Shown here: piece after piece, positions 48,742-58,564 of the stretch | Layout of the letters: each line of letters begins with the position of its first letter | Numbering within the stretch: position 1 is the first letter of the stretch | NCBI GenBank assembly: GCA_041690395.1 | Contig: JAWLHJ010000001.1 | Span: forward strand, 954,089-1,018,088 | Origin: Longimicrobiales bacterium | Lineage (GTDB): Bacteria > Gemmatimonadota > Gemmatimonadetes > Longimicrobiales > Gaopeijiaceae | Length of the DNA stretch: 64,000 bases | Direction of reading: 5' to 3' | The notes under the pieces: model-generated | Told to the model about the DNA's origin: nothing | What the model saw: only the letters and a program-made list of their open reading frames with translations | Database searches by the model: none | Translations under genes and position numbers: made by a program

Positions 48742-49154
48742 GACGTTGGCCTCCAAGGAGTCCACGTGAGCCCGTCCGATCAGTACGAAGCATTCCGCCT
48801 GGCGTCGGCGGGCATTCCCCGGGAATAGCGCGGCTCCGAGAGAGTTCAACTCCAGAATTCCGAGCTCATTTACAGCGACGCTCGAACGGGATCACGACGA
48901 AGGGAGCCGCGCCTCCCTCGAGGACTTGGCCGGCCGACGCTGGAAGCCACTGGCGATCGGGTAGCCGGATTCTCTGAGCGAGGAAGATGACGATGAACCT
49001 GCGGGCTTAGCGTCGGCTCCGGCTCAGGCGCGGAACGGAAAACTACAGAGCCCCCGAAGGGGGCAGAGGGGAGCCCCGCGCCGCGACCGTGCAAGTCCTC
49101 CGAAAGAGGGAGCCGACGCAACAAACCGAACCGTTCGGGCCAATGTCCTATAAC
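48735..49154. other. second type of apparently gene-less, structured cassette
   Basis: No credible ORF; internal 10-11 bp inverted repeats. Confidence 0.55.
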
Positions 49155-49308
49155 GTTCAGATGTTTCCGACGTGGCCACCGCCGCACGGCTTACATGCGA
49201 ACAGAAGCGGAACCCACGTCACTCCACCCAGTCTACGGACCCGAAGCGCTCGAGGCCATGTAGGTGGAGCGGGCGAAGCCCGCGCAACCGGAAACATTCT
49301 TGTTAGGC
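49148..49308 (-). repeat. attC-like site (B)
   Basis: CTATAAC...GTTAGGC. Confidence 0.85.
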
Positions 49309-49557
49309 GGCGTCACTGAGCCATTGAACGTTCCAGCCGGTGAAAGCTAGACCCAAGACTTCGAACTCTTGGCGCTGGTTGCGATGCGAAGTGGGTTGAT
49401 GGAGCCCGAGCTCCTGGGCGGGAAAGGGGGAAACTCGGTGGCGATCTCGCTCGCTGAGCCCGCCGGTTACCCCGCAGGAGCCGCCCGAGAAACCGAAACC
49501 TGAGAAGTTCGTTGCGGCCACCCCGCCTACCGACCCTGCTCAGTGATGTCGGCTAAC
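49302..49557. repeat. gene-less cassette copy 3
   Basis: Homologous to the other copies. Confidence 0.85.
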
Positions 49558-49710
49558 GTTCTTGTGTTGCCGACGTGGCCACCACCCGCAGGCTCACAGA
49601 CTGGCTGCCCGAGAATACGCGCCACCCGGTTCTCGAGCCACAAACGCCTCGGGCCATGTAGGTCGGAGCGGACGCGCAGCGGCCGCGGAGCCGGCAACAC
49701 TTTGTTGTCT
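49551..49710 (-). repeat. attC-like site (A variant)
   Basis: GGCTAAC...GTTGTCT; GTGTTGCCG/CGGCAACAC arms. Confidence 0.82.
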
Positions 49711-49747
49711 GACGTGTGTCCGTGCGCGTCCCATTAAGCCTAGGTCG

Positions 49748-50176
49748 TCACTTCAACAGCCGCTGCAAGTGCCTCTCCTCCGGCTCCCCAATGGTGAACG
49801 CAACTGTCGTACGGGGCCACGGAAACCGCTTTCGCACATACCACATCCGCAAGCTGCCATCGACCACCGATGCATGAAGGTGGAGGTGGTCTCCCCAGCC
49901 TCCGAATTCGCATAGAGGCACTCTCTCATGCCTCACGTTGCTTCCTCCAGTACGCCTGGCGGTAAGGAGGCTGCCGAGCGTGGTTCGCCCGTCCATGTCG
50001 AGATCGAACCACACTCGACTCAGGCCTAGTGGTCGAGCACGCTCAGTGTAAAGGATGAATGGCTTGCCGTGTTTCCCAATAAGTGCCTCCAGCGTCGCGA
50101 CTCGACCGAACCGCAGCCGAACCTCGCCGAGCCTGCCGATCACCGTGGCATCCCTATATCGCAGTAGACCGCACAT
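49748..50176 (-). CDS. hypothetical protein
   Basis: Longest minus-strand ORF filling the cassette. Confidence 0.45.
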   Translation of the reverse strand: MCGLLRYRDATVIGRLGEVRLRFGRVATLEALIGKHGKPFILYTERARPLGLSRVWFDLDMDGRTTLGSLLTARRTGGSNVRHERVPLCEFGGWGDHLHLHASVVDGSLRMWYVRKRFPWPRTTVAFTIGEPEERHLQRLLK

Positions 50177-50231
50177 GCCTCTTCATACGTGTTTCCGTTC
50201 CTCAACGTTCTCAAGCGCACGGACACATGTC

Positions 50232-50393
50232 AGATAACGTTCAGATGTTTCCGACGTGGCCACCGCCACACAGCTTACATGCGAACAGAGGCGGAACCCA
50301 CGTCACTGCACCCAGCATACGGACCCGAAGCGCTCGAGGCCATGTAGGTCGGAGCGGGCGAAGCCCGCGGAGCCGGAAACATTCTTGTTATAT
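50232..50393 (-). repeat. attC-like site (B)
   Basis: AGATAAC...GTTATAT. Confidence 0.85.
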
Positions 50394-50458
50394 GAAGTCC
50401 GACGTCGTCTATCGCGGACACTTCGTTCACCGTGTCCTCAGGGATGAGCGCGCCCCTC

Positions 50459-51487
50459 TCAAGAGCTAGGCGTTTCTTCGGCCATGACCTGAACGACTCC
50501 CGGATCCAGGCCCTCGGGATCCCACAACAACATGTGTCCCGACGCCGGATCGACCGCCAGCAAGATGGCCGTGTTGCTCAGTTCCCAGAGGCGGCCCCCA
50601 TTCTCATCGATCCGCACGAGCCCGTACGTAGGTCCATCCGATCTCAGTGCCCAGGTCTGAACAATCCATCCTCCGTTCCGCATGGGCATGAAGCGACCGG
50701 CAAACGTGGCGGTCTGCGCCCAGCTCCGGAACTGGCTTGGGTCCTGCGACAAGACCTCGGGTGACGGGGAACTCGCGAGCGCGTTCGACTGAATCGGGAT
50801 CCTGGTGGCACTGCTCGCGGCCTCGGCCGGCACGGCCCAGAGAAACGCCAGGGAAGGCACGATCACGTAGAGTGAATCGTTCTGGAACCAAGGCTGGGGA
50901 CTTTCCACTCGCCGTGCCGCCTCGAGCTCCGCCCGATGCAAGGGCGGCGCAAAGAAGGATTCCTCGATCTGCCGACCTGCGAGATCCAACCGGTGGAGCA
51001 CAGTAACCGCGTCACCTGTAACGCTCGGAATCGGTGCACCTTGAATCACGACCTTGTCGGCGCCCTCGACTACGATGCCCCGAGGGATTGCGACACCCGA
51101 GTTGAAGTCGTCTCGCAGCTCTGACCCATCGGAATTCCAGACACTGACGCGCCCTCGCCTGTCCAGGACCACCAGATCTCCATTGGCTAGACGCCCCACC
51201 CCAACCGGACGCTCGAATTCGCCTGGACCACTACCTCGTCGCCCGAAGCCGGCACGGAGCGAGCCGTCAGTGCCGTACAGGCGGACCTGGTGAGTTTGGT
51301 TGTCCCAGTATAGCCACCCCCCCTGCGGGTCAGGGCTCAACTGCGGCCAGGCGACCAGGTGCTCGTTCGTTTCCTCGAGCCGCAGTTCACCGACGGGAAC
51401 CAGGGGCGTTTCTTGAGCTTCGGCGGGCTCCGAGACGCCGAGCACCGCAGCACCGGTAAGGGCCACCCACCTGAGAACTCTCACCAA
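50459..51487 (-). CDS. secreted 6-bladed beta-propeller protein
   Basis: Signal peptide, FGRRGSGPGEFERP NHL-like motif. Confidence 0.78.
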   Translation of the reverse strand: MVRVLRWVALTGAAVLGVSEPAEAQETPLVPVGELRLEETNEHLVAWPQLSPDPQGGWLYWDNQTHQVRLYGTDGSLRAGFGRRGSGPGEFERPVGVGRLANGDLVVLDRRGRVSVWNSDGSELRDDFNSGVAIPRGIVVEGADKVVIQGAPIPSVTGDAVTVLHRLDLAGRQIEESFFAPPLHRAELEAARRVESPQPWFQNDSLYVIVPSLAFLWAVPAEAASSATRIPIQSNALASSPSPEVLSQDPSQFRSWAQTATFAGRFMPMRNGGWIVQTWALRSDGPTYGLVRIDENGGRLWELSNTAILLAVDPASGHMLLWDPEGLDPGVVQVMAEETPSS

Positions 51488-51563
51488 CCCCCCTCCACAT
51501 GAGAGAAGTCTACCTAGCTACCTACCTACGTACGCCGAAAGAAACGAGCACAAGTCGGATTTC

Positions 51564-51719
51564 ATATAACGTTCAGATGTTTCCGACGTGGCCCCAGCGT
51601 ATACGCTCATCTTTGCTGAAACGCACCGAGTTCACCTGACAGCTTACGATGTCCGACAGTTCGAGGCCATGTAGGGGGAGTGAGCGAAGCGAACGGACCC
51701 GGAAACATTCTTGTTAGAC
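51564..51719 (-). repeat. attC-like site (C)
   Basis: ATATAAC...GTTAGAC. Confidence 0.85.
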
Positions 51720-51773
51720 GAAGTTGAACCACGCCTACCGTTCAAACGTGTTCACCGAACCCAACTGCCTGTC

Positions 51774-52610
51774 TCAGAAGGCCGCGATTTCAAAACCCGT
51801 CAACTCAAGCATGCGTTGGCCGATTCGGCTATCACCTGCCCGAGAAATCACGTTATAGCGATCTGATTCCGACACCTCGATTATCCATAGTGTCGAGTCA
51901 GGCGGTCCAGGCCCGCTTTCCACCGATCGCCAGAAGCCATCCGCCCGGATCAGCTCCTGAAGCTCGCGCCACTCGAGAGCCGTCAAGTCCCGCTCGACTC
52001 GCCGGGACTCTCCTCCCGTGCCCTCAACGAACTGCGGAGAGAACTCGATCGCGACGAGCCGGGTCCGAGTCCTCGTATGCTCAATCCGAACTAACATCCC
52101 CGGCCGAAACGAAGGAAAAGCCATCACCCGAACACGGACGCCTCCGTCGATCGGGGCGGAGAGGGGAGGCTCTCCCAGCGCGCAGAGCTCTTCCGCGAAC
52201 CACTGCTGAGTAGAACGAGCGAGGTCGTCGACCACACTCTCGGATTCAGGAGTGTCCCTACCTCGAATTCTACCGAGCAATGCTGGGTCGATCCGGAACG
52301 CGGCAGTGGGCCAATACGTCGCAGTGCTCGGCGCATCAATCGGCCCGACCGCTGCACAAGCTTCCTGCTCAGCTATGCTCGGCGGTTCTTCCGGAGGAGG
52401 GTGGGGCAGGGACACCAGATCCGCACAGACCGACGCCTCACGATCCCAGCGTCCGCCCCGATCGCTGCACTCCATAGCCTTGAGATACGGAATGAGCATG
52501 AGGACGCCACCTACGAGAACCGCTCCTCCAAGGAGAGCCGCCGCTGTTCTCCGAATGACACCCTCCTGATCAACATGGTCCAGGACGCCAAGTCCCGAGC
52601 CAGGGTTCAA
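51774..52610 (-). CDS. membrane-anchored hypothetical protein (true start probably downstream)
   Basis: TM segment, C.DRGGRWD....C motif; the listed TTG lies inside the cassette terminal repeat. Confidence 0.55.
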   Translation of the reverse strand: MNPGSGLGVLDHVDQEGVIRRTAAALLGGAVLVGGVLMLIPYLKAMECSDRGGRWDREASVCADLVSLPHPPPEEPPSIAEQEACAAVGPIDAPSTATYWPTAAFRIDPALLGRIRGRDTPESESVVDDLARSTQQWFAEELCALGEPPLSAPIDGGVRVRVMAFPSFRPGMLVRIEHTRTRTRLVAIEFSPQFVEGTGGESRRVERDLTALEWRELQELIRADGFWRSVESGPGPPDSTLWIIEVSESDRYNVISRAGDSRIGQRMLELTGFEIAAF

Positions 52611-52614
52611 TTTC

Positions 52615-52775
52615 GGCTAACGTTCAGATGTTTCCGACGTGGCCACCGCCGCACAGCTTACAAGCGAACAGAAGCGGAACCCACGTCACTGCACCCAGTC
52701 TACGGACCCGAAGCGCTCGAGGCCATGTAGGTGGAGCGGGCGAAGCCCGCGGAACCGGAAACATTCTTGTTAGCC
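52615..52775 (-). repeat. attC-like site (B)
   Basis: GGCTAAC...GTTAGCC. Confidence 0.85.
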
Positions 52776-53023
52776 GGCGTCACTGAGCCATTGAACGTTC
52801 CAGCCGGAAAAGCTAGACCCAAGACTTCGAACTCTTGGCGATGGCTGCGATGCGTCGAGGGTCGATGGAGCCTCAGTTCCGGGGCGGGGAAGGGGGGACC
52901 TCAGTGGAGATCCCGCTCGCTGAGCCCGCCGGTTACCCCGAAGGAGCCGCCCGAGAAACCGAAACCTGAGGAGTTCGTTGCGGCCACCCCGCCTACCGAC
53001 CCTGCTCAGTGATGTCGGCTAAC
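52769..53023. repeat. gene-less cassette copy 4
   Basis: Appears identical to copy 7. Confidence 0.88.
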
Positions 53024-53172
53024 GTTCAGATGTTTCCGACGTGGCCCCAGCATACACGCTCATCTTTGCTGAACCTACTGAGTTCAGCTGACAGCTTACG
53101 ATGTCCGAACGCTCGAGGCCATGTAGGTCGGAGCGAACGAAGTGAGCGGAGCCGGAAACATTCTTGTTATGT
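53017..53172 (-). repeat. attC-like site (C)
   Basis: GGCTAAC...GTTATGT. Confidence 0.85.
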
Positions 53173-53194
53173 GATGCTGGCCTGGTCGGCTGAA

Positions 53195-53785
53195 TCAGAC
53201 CGCCTCAGCGATGGCACGCAGCTGAGCCAACCGACCCTTCCTCGGCCGGTCAAAGACGTCCTCCTTCATCGCGATCACCGCTCCTCTCACCAGCTCACTC
53301 CGCGAGACTCCCTCTCTCTCCTCGACTTGCTTCACCCGCTCCAGGAGATCCGAGTCGGACCGGAGCGTGAGCTTGGTCTTGGAGGACTTCGCGGCCAAAT
53401 CCGAAGTCGAGAGCCTCTTCAGCCTCCGGGCCATGGTCCGGCTGTCGGTCGCCTCATGCAGATAGAAGCGAATCAGCGCAGAGTTGAACTTCGTCGGATT
53501 CGCCCCGAGCTCGTGAGATACACCCCACAAGACGTCATTCAACTCGAACGGGATCCTGACCGAGAACGTCTCATCCTTCGCGGCCAGCCTGGCCAGCTTG
53601 ATCCGAGGCGTGGACTGGGCCGGAACCGTAAGGACCTCTCCCGTGTCCTCAGCCACCCCAACGAGGACATCCTTGACCACGACTCCGGAGTCCAGGGTCA
53701 GGTCACGGTATTCGAATACCACGGGGACCTTCCCGCGCTCCGGGGCTAGAGCAACGCCCCTCGTACCTTCTTCGATGATCTTCAT
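53195..53785 (-). CDS. putative antitoxin: MqsA-like N-domain plus RHH/CopG domains
   Basis: VKDVLVGV.E..GEV..VPAQSTP; FSVRIP and LTLR...GVSRSELVR RHH-like segments. Confidence 0.6.
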   Translation of the reverse strand: MKIIEEGTRGVALAPERGKVPVVFEYRDLTLDSGVVVKDVLVGVAEDTGEVLTVPAQSTPRIKLARLAAKDETFSVRIPFELNDVLWGVSHELGANPTKFNSALIRFYLHEATDSRTMARRLKRLSTSDLAAKSSKTKLTLRSDSDLLERVKQVEEREGVSRSELVRGAVIAMKEDVFDRPRKGRLAQLRAIAEAV

Positions 53786-53791
53786 GTCGTC

Positions 53792-54097
53792 CTACCGGTG
53801 AATGCTGATGAAGACCGCAGTCCCTTCGGGTTCTTCAAGGAAGTAGGCCTTCACATACCATCGGGTCCCCTCGACCGTCGGCCGGAACACGTGCACCTCC
53901 GTGCCCGGATCCCAGTGGTGAGGCGATGCCGAATAGTCCGAGCCCCGAGCTCGCCTCACGATACCGATGACCTCGCCCACGGAGATATCACCCACGGCCA
54001 GCAGGTTCTTCTCGCTGAGAACCTCCCGGGCCTCGTGCTGGAAGTTGCCAGCCTCAAGGGCGGTCAGGAGCGCTCGCTTCGCGGAGGAGAAACCCAT
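53792..54097 (-). CDS. putative MqsR/RelE-fold toxin
   Basis: VHVFRP...WYVKAYF......FISIH C-terminus typical of MqsR-like RNases; lies upstream of the antitoxin. Confidence 0.6.
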   Translation of the reverse strand: MGFSSAKRALLTALEAGNFQHEAREVLSEKNLLAVGDISVGEVIGIVRRARGSDYSASPHHWDPGTEVHVFRPTVEGTRWYVKAYFLEEPEGTAVFISIHR

Positions 54098-54176
54098 GAG
54101 GGATGGTACCACAAACGTGGTACATGTACAAGCTCGGGAGGATCCGGACGATCGACCTTAACCCGAGGCCAGTTTC

Positions 54177-54333
54177 ACATAACGTTCAGATGTTTCCGAC
54201 GTGGCCACAGCATAGACGCCATTCTTTCCTGAAACAATCAGAGTCCAGCTGACAGCTTACGATGTCCGAACGCTTGAGGCCATGTAGGTCGGAGCGAACG
54301 AAGTGAGCGGAGCCGGAAACATTCTTGTTATAG
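54177..54333 (-). repeat. attC-like site (C)
   Basis: ACATAAC...GTTATAG. Confidence 0.85.
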
Positions 54334-54416
54334 GAAGTTGAGCCACGCTCGCAGGTTCAGCCAGCTGACCGAACCCTCTCACTAGAACATATGTCGCGTC
54401 TGGCATATACTATTCC

Positions 54417-54758
54417 ATGAGTCCAGACGACAAGATTCTGGTGTGGCTGTCCGGAGATGTGAAGACCCCTCCATTCTCCGACGAGGCTCGGCTCGAAACG
54501 GGCTTCCTTCTTCGGCGGCTGCAACAGGGAGAGAAGCTCAGCCTCCCTCATTCCCGACCGATGCCCTCGGTCGGGCCAGGGTGCCACGAGCTCCGGATCG
54601 TTGATCAGGACGTGACCTGGAGAATCATGTACTCCGTCGATGCGGACGCCATCGTGATTCTCGAGGTCTTCAAAAAGAAGACCCGGGCAACACCGAAGAA
54701 GGTGATCGAGGTCTGTAAGGAACGACTTCGGGCCTACCGGAGCGCCCGGGACAGCTGA
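54417..54758 (+). CDS. RelE/HigB-like (Gp49) toxin
   Basis: KTPPFS..AR.E.G.LLRRLQQG, PHSRPMP, CHELRI, VFKKKT. Confidence 0.88.
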   Translation: MSPDDKILVWLSGDVKTPPFSDEARLETGFLLRRLQQGEKLSLPHSRPMPSVGPGCHELRIVDQDVTWRIMYSVDADAIVILEVFKKKTRATPKKVIEVCKERLRAYRSARDS

Positions 54759-54769
54759 GGAGGAGAGCC

Positions 54770-55102
54770 ATGGACACCAAGACCAGAAAGAAGCTCGAAG
54801 CCGCAGGTTGGAAGACCGGCGATGCGCGAGACTTCCTCGAGCTGTCGGATGCCGAGGCCGAGTTCATCGAGATGAAGCTAGCCCTCGCTCAGGACCTTAG
54901 GGCCAGGCGGCTCGCGCGGCACCTGAATCAGACTCAGGTGGCCCGCATCGTAGGATCGAGCCAGTCGAGGGTTGCCAAGATGGAGGCGGCCGATCCGAGC
55001 GTCACGATCGATCTCTTGGTCAAGTCGCTCTTGAAGCTCGGCGCTGCCAGGAAGGACCTCGCCAAGGCCCTGAGCCAAGGCCCGGCGAGAGCTGCGAGCT
55101 GA
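54770..55102 (+). CDS. XRE-family HTH antitoxin
   Basis: LEAAGWK.G...DFL.LS, QSRVAKMEAADPSV; GAGGAG RBS. Confidence 0.88.
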   Translation: MDTKTRKKLEAAGWKTGDARDFLELSDAEAEFIEMKLALAQDLRARRLARHLNQTQVARIVGSSQSRVAKMEAADPSVTIDLLVKSLLKLGAARKDLAKALSQGPARAAS

Positions 55103-55170
55103 TCCCCCTACAGGGGTCGAGCAGGGTCGGAAGACCAAAACGCCCAACTCCCGAACCCAGGCTCAATTTC

Positions 55171-55327
55171 CTATAACGTTCAGACGTTTCCGACGTGGCC
55201 CCCACGAATCGTGTTCGGACCGTCACTTCGAGAATACGCTGCACTCCGCTTCCGGGCCACATTCGTTGGAAAGGCCATGTAGGGGGAGCGAACGAAGTGA
55301 GCGGACCCGGAAACGTTCTTGTTAGCC
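55171..55327 (-). repeat. attC-like site (A)
   Basis: CTATAAC...GTTAGCC; close to the 40803 site. Confidence 0.85.
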
Positions 55328-55576
55328 GATGCCCTCGGACCAAGGAACGTTTCAGACGGAAAACCTAGACCCGAGACCTGAGTACTCTTGCCGCTCGTCG
55401 CGTTGCGAAGTGGGTTGATGGAGCCCGAGTTCCTGGGCGGGGAGGGGGGCAACTCGGTGACGATCCCGCTCGCTGAGCCACCCGGTTACCCCGCAGGAGC
55501 CGCCCGAGAAACCGAAACCTGAGAAGTTCGTAGCGGCCACCCCGCCTACCGCACCCGTCTGAGGGTGTCGGCTAAC
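55321..55576. repeat. gene-less cassette copy 5 (subtype of copy 1)
   Basis: GATGCCCTCGGAC...GTCTGAGGGTGTC ends. Confidence 0.85.
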
Positions 55577-55731
55577 GTTCAGATGTTTCCGACGTGGCCA
55601 CCGCCGCGCGGCTTACATGCGAACAGAAGCGAAACCCACGTCACTGCACCCAGCATACGGACCTGAGGCGCTCGAGGCCATGTAGGTCGGAGCGAACGCA
55701 GTGAGCGGAGCCGGAAACATTCTTGTTATAC
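55570..55731 (-). repeat. attC-like site (B)
   Basis: GGCTAAC...GTTATAC. Confidence 0.85.
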
Positions 55732-55787
55732 GGCGTGTGCCGTACACCGTTCTCTTCCGACCAGCTCGTCGACCGCGGCTTCTCGTT

Positions 55788-56282
55788 CTAAGAGGTATCG
55801 ATCTGCCCTCTCTCATGCGGGGCCAGTCCAGCTGTCCTCAATCTGTACCAGAGGGCTGCAGTACCGTGGGCACCAAGGAACAGCGCGGCGCCAAGCACGG
55901 CTTGGACTACTGACGCCCAGCGGGTCCCGCCCGGCCACATGATGCCGGGAATACTACTGATGACGAAGTACACCCCGAGTACGGAGAGCGCTACCGCTTG
56001 GATCCCCGAAGTCGGACTTGGAATAGGCTCGGACGAGAACAGCCAGTCCGAAATCCGATCTCGCAGCAGGACCAGCGCCAGACTGAGGAACACGACGATC
56101 AGAATCGCGATCATAGCAACCCACGACACGGCTCGCTGGGAAAAGGGGCCCGCCGCCTCCTCCATCGCCGGATCCAATTGAAGGACCATCGCCGCGTGGA
56201 TGGCCAAATCGGGGAGCCGAGTAGCGGCCATAAATATGCCGAGCACCGCCAACAAGACGCTGGCCAACTGACGCTGATTCAT
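55788..56282 (-). CDS. 4-TM hypothetical membrane protein
   Basis: Four hydrophobic segments; GGAG before ATG. Confidence 0.65.
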   Translation of the reverse strand: MNQRQLASVLLAVLGIFMAATRLPDLAIHAAMVLQLDPAMEEAAGPFSQRAVSWVAMIAILIVVFLSLALVLLRDRISDWLFSSEPIPSPTSGIQAVALSVLGVYFVISSIPGIMWPGGTRWASVVQAVLGAALFLGAHGTAALWYRLRTAGLAPHERGQIDTS

Positions 56283-56472
56283 CGCTTGCTCCAAGCCTCC
56301 TGACGTCCTGAGTTAGCTGCTCGAGAATTCCTGCATCGAGCTCGCCCGTGCGACAGCTCGGTCGATCAGGCTCCACGCATCGGCGACTTCGAGCCTCTGA
56401 CGATGCAGAAGGGCTGACGTGCAGCTGGGCATCAATAGTTCAGGATCTGCCCAACCCTTCTAGGCACATGCC

Positions 56473-56634
56473 GTATAACGTTCAGATGTTTCCGACGTGG
56501 CCACCGCCGCGTGGCTTACATGCGAACAGAAGCGGAACCCACGTCACTGCACCCAGTCTACGAACCTGAAACGCTCGAGGCCATGTAGGTCGGAGCGAAC
56601 GCAGTGAGCGGAGCCGGAAACATTCTTGTTATAA
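56473..56634 (-). repeat. attC-like site (B)
   Basis: GTATAAC...GTTATAA. Confidence 0.85.
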
Positions 56635-56687
56635 GTCGTGCGTCGTGCCCGACGAGTCCACATGCTCAAATTCTAAGATGCTGTTCT

Positions 56688-57365
56688 TCAAAACCCACTT
56701 AGAATCGCAGCCACGGCCTCCAGAAGTAGCTCGAATGTGGCTGCGGCCGCCTCCGCCACGGCACCCGCGACCTCCGGCACAACTGCGAGGATCTCAACCG
56801 ATCCTGAGGCCGCGTGTGCAACACCCTCAACCACGGCAACACCAACATCTGGGGTGTAGGCCAAGAGCTCGGCCGAGTGCAGGGTGTCGACCAGCATCGT
56901 TCCAGCGTCCACCTCAAGCCCTGGTGACTTACTGTTCAGACTCTTGGTCAGAGCGGTCGTACTGAGAGCAAAAGACCAGAGTGCTGCCAGTTCATGCCGG
57001 TCGAACCATACACCCCGGCACCTCTTACATAGGTCGAGCGTTAAGTCTCCGTGCGGGACGACTTCCATTGCTGATAGGCACTCCGGGCAGTCGAGCTCCA
57101 TCGCGTGTCCACAGGCAGGACATTTTGAAGCGTCGCGGTCCGCGAAGGCGTGACATGCAGGACAGCGAGCTCGAGGGACTTCGGAGAGGTCGCCCGGATC
57201 CGGTACTCCGGAGCTCGCTCGAACCGCTTGGACCTCTCCCTTCTCGAACCACATTCCTCCGCACCGGGGGCACAGATCAAGGACGATGGCCTGGTTACAA
57301 GCTGGACTACGCTTGACCATCTTGACCCCGAGACAGACAGGGCATGGCAGCCTCGTCTCAGCCAT
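56688..57365 (-). CDS. multi zinc-ribbon (zf-TFIIB-like) protein
   Basis: CPVC, DLCPRCGGMWFEKGE, CPAC x2, CPEC, DLCKRCRGVWFD..EL. Confidence 0.8.
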   Translation of the reverse strand: MAETRLPCPVCLGVKMVKRSPACNQAIVLDLCPRCGGMWFEKGEVQAVRASSGVPDPGDLSEVPRARCPACHAFADRDASKCPACGHAMELDCPECLSAMEVVPHGDLTLDLCKRCRGVWFDRHELAALWSFALSTTALTKSLNSKSPGLEVDAGTMLVDTLHSAELLAYTPDVGVAVVEGVAHAASGSVEILAVVPEVAGAVAEAAAATFELLLEAVAAILSGF

Positions 57366-57798
57366 CCAACAGGCCCGATGCGGAGTCCTTCTCCCCCAAG
57401 TGCCTCAGGTCTCGGAAGTCGTACACGAGAACACCAGAGTCGGAGACCAAGATCTCCGCGAGCTCCCTGCGAGCCATGCTATCCAGGATTTCAGCTGCTT
57501 CGGCGGCGTCAACTGCGAGATCTCGAACCACCTCGACAGCCGTGAGCTTGCCTCCGGAAGCGCCCGCAAGTCGAAGGATCTCCGACTCGATCGTTTGGCG
57601 CCGAAGCTCGGCCTTACGATGGTCGAGCTGTCGCCGTCGCGGGTCACGGAGAAGCCACATACCGGCTACTGCTGGAATGCCGGCGCCAACAGCAAGCGCT
57701 ATGAGCGCGGATGCGCCCGTGGCACCCACCTGAAGGAAGCCCCACAGCATGAAGGCAGAAACCAGGCAAAGCGCGAGACCAAGGACCCGTCGACCCAA
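57358..57798 (-). CDS. 2-TM protein with C-terminal winged-helix-like domain
   Basis: IL.LA...GG.LT..EV, SDSGVLVYDF; overlaps the next gene. Confidence 0.7.
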   Translation of the reverse strand: MGRRVLGLALCLVSAFMLWGFLQVGATGASALIALAVGAGIPAVAGMWLLRDPRRRQLDHRKAELRRQTIESEILRLAGASGGKLTAVEVVRDLAVDAAEAAEILDSMARRELAEILVSDSGVLVYDFRDLRHLGEKDSASGLLDG

Positions 57799-57948
57799 TG
57801 CCTCTCTACTCCTTCAGTCTAGATGAGGACGACAACTGTCCGGGCATCGGAGCCGTCACGGAACGAACGCAATAGTATGCTGGCAACCCAGCATCCCACT
57901 AGACTCGACTACTCCGCTCTGTTGGGATCCAACCGAAAGACGCATGTC

Positions 57949-58109
57949 TTATAACGTTCAGATGTTTCCGACGTGGCCACCGCCGCGTGGCTTACATGCG
58001 AACAGAAGCGGAACCCACGTCACTGCACCCAGTCTACGGACCCGAAGCGCTCGAGGCCATGTAGGTGGAGCGGGCGCAGCCCGCGTAACCGGAAACATTC
58101 TTGTTAGCC
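57949..58109 (-). repeat. attC-like site (B)
   Basis: TTATAAC...GTTAGCC. Confidence 0.85.
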
Positions 58110-58359
58110 GGCGTCACTGAGCCATTGAGCGTTGCAGCGGGAAAGAGCTAGACCCAAGACTTCGCACTCTTGGCGATGGTTGCGATGCGAAGTGGGTTGA
58201 TGGAGCCCGAGCCCCTGGGGGGGGAAGGGAGAAACTCGGTGGCGATCTCGCTCGCTGAGCCCGCCAGTTACCCCGCAGGCGCCGCCCGAGAAACCGAAAC
58301 CTGAGAAGTTCGTTGCGGCCACCCCGCCTAACCGACCCTGCTCAGTGATGTCGGCTAAC
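58103..58359. repeat. gene-less cassette copy 6
   Basis: Homologous to the other copies. Confidence 0.85.
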
Positions 58360-58509
58360 GTTCAGATGTTTCCGACGTGGCCACCTCGAACCTGCCCACG
58401 CGGACCTTGATCGAGAATACGCTGCACTTCGTTCCCCCACCACACTCGTCCGAGGCCATGTAGGTCGGAGCGAACGAAGTGAGCGGAGCCGGAAACATTC
58501 TTGTTATAT
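58353..58509 (-). repeat. attC-like site (A variant)
   Basis: GGCTAAC...GTTATAT. Confidence 0.85.
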
Positions 58510-58564
58510 GAAGTCCCGGCAACCACACCGTTTACGATGCCACGCCCAGTGATTCACCTTCTCT

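Noticed and set aside
49303..49521. 62-72 aa 'MAATNFSGFGFSGG' peptide as the product of the repeated cassette
   Set aside because: Premature TGA in copies 2, 4 and 7, variable C-termini and no synonymous bias; not fully excluded without Ribo-seq
52792..52820. TTGAAC-N17-TAGACC promoter in the gene-less cassette
   Set aside because: The -10 lacks the conserved final T; the -35 and spacing are not conserved across copies
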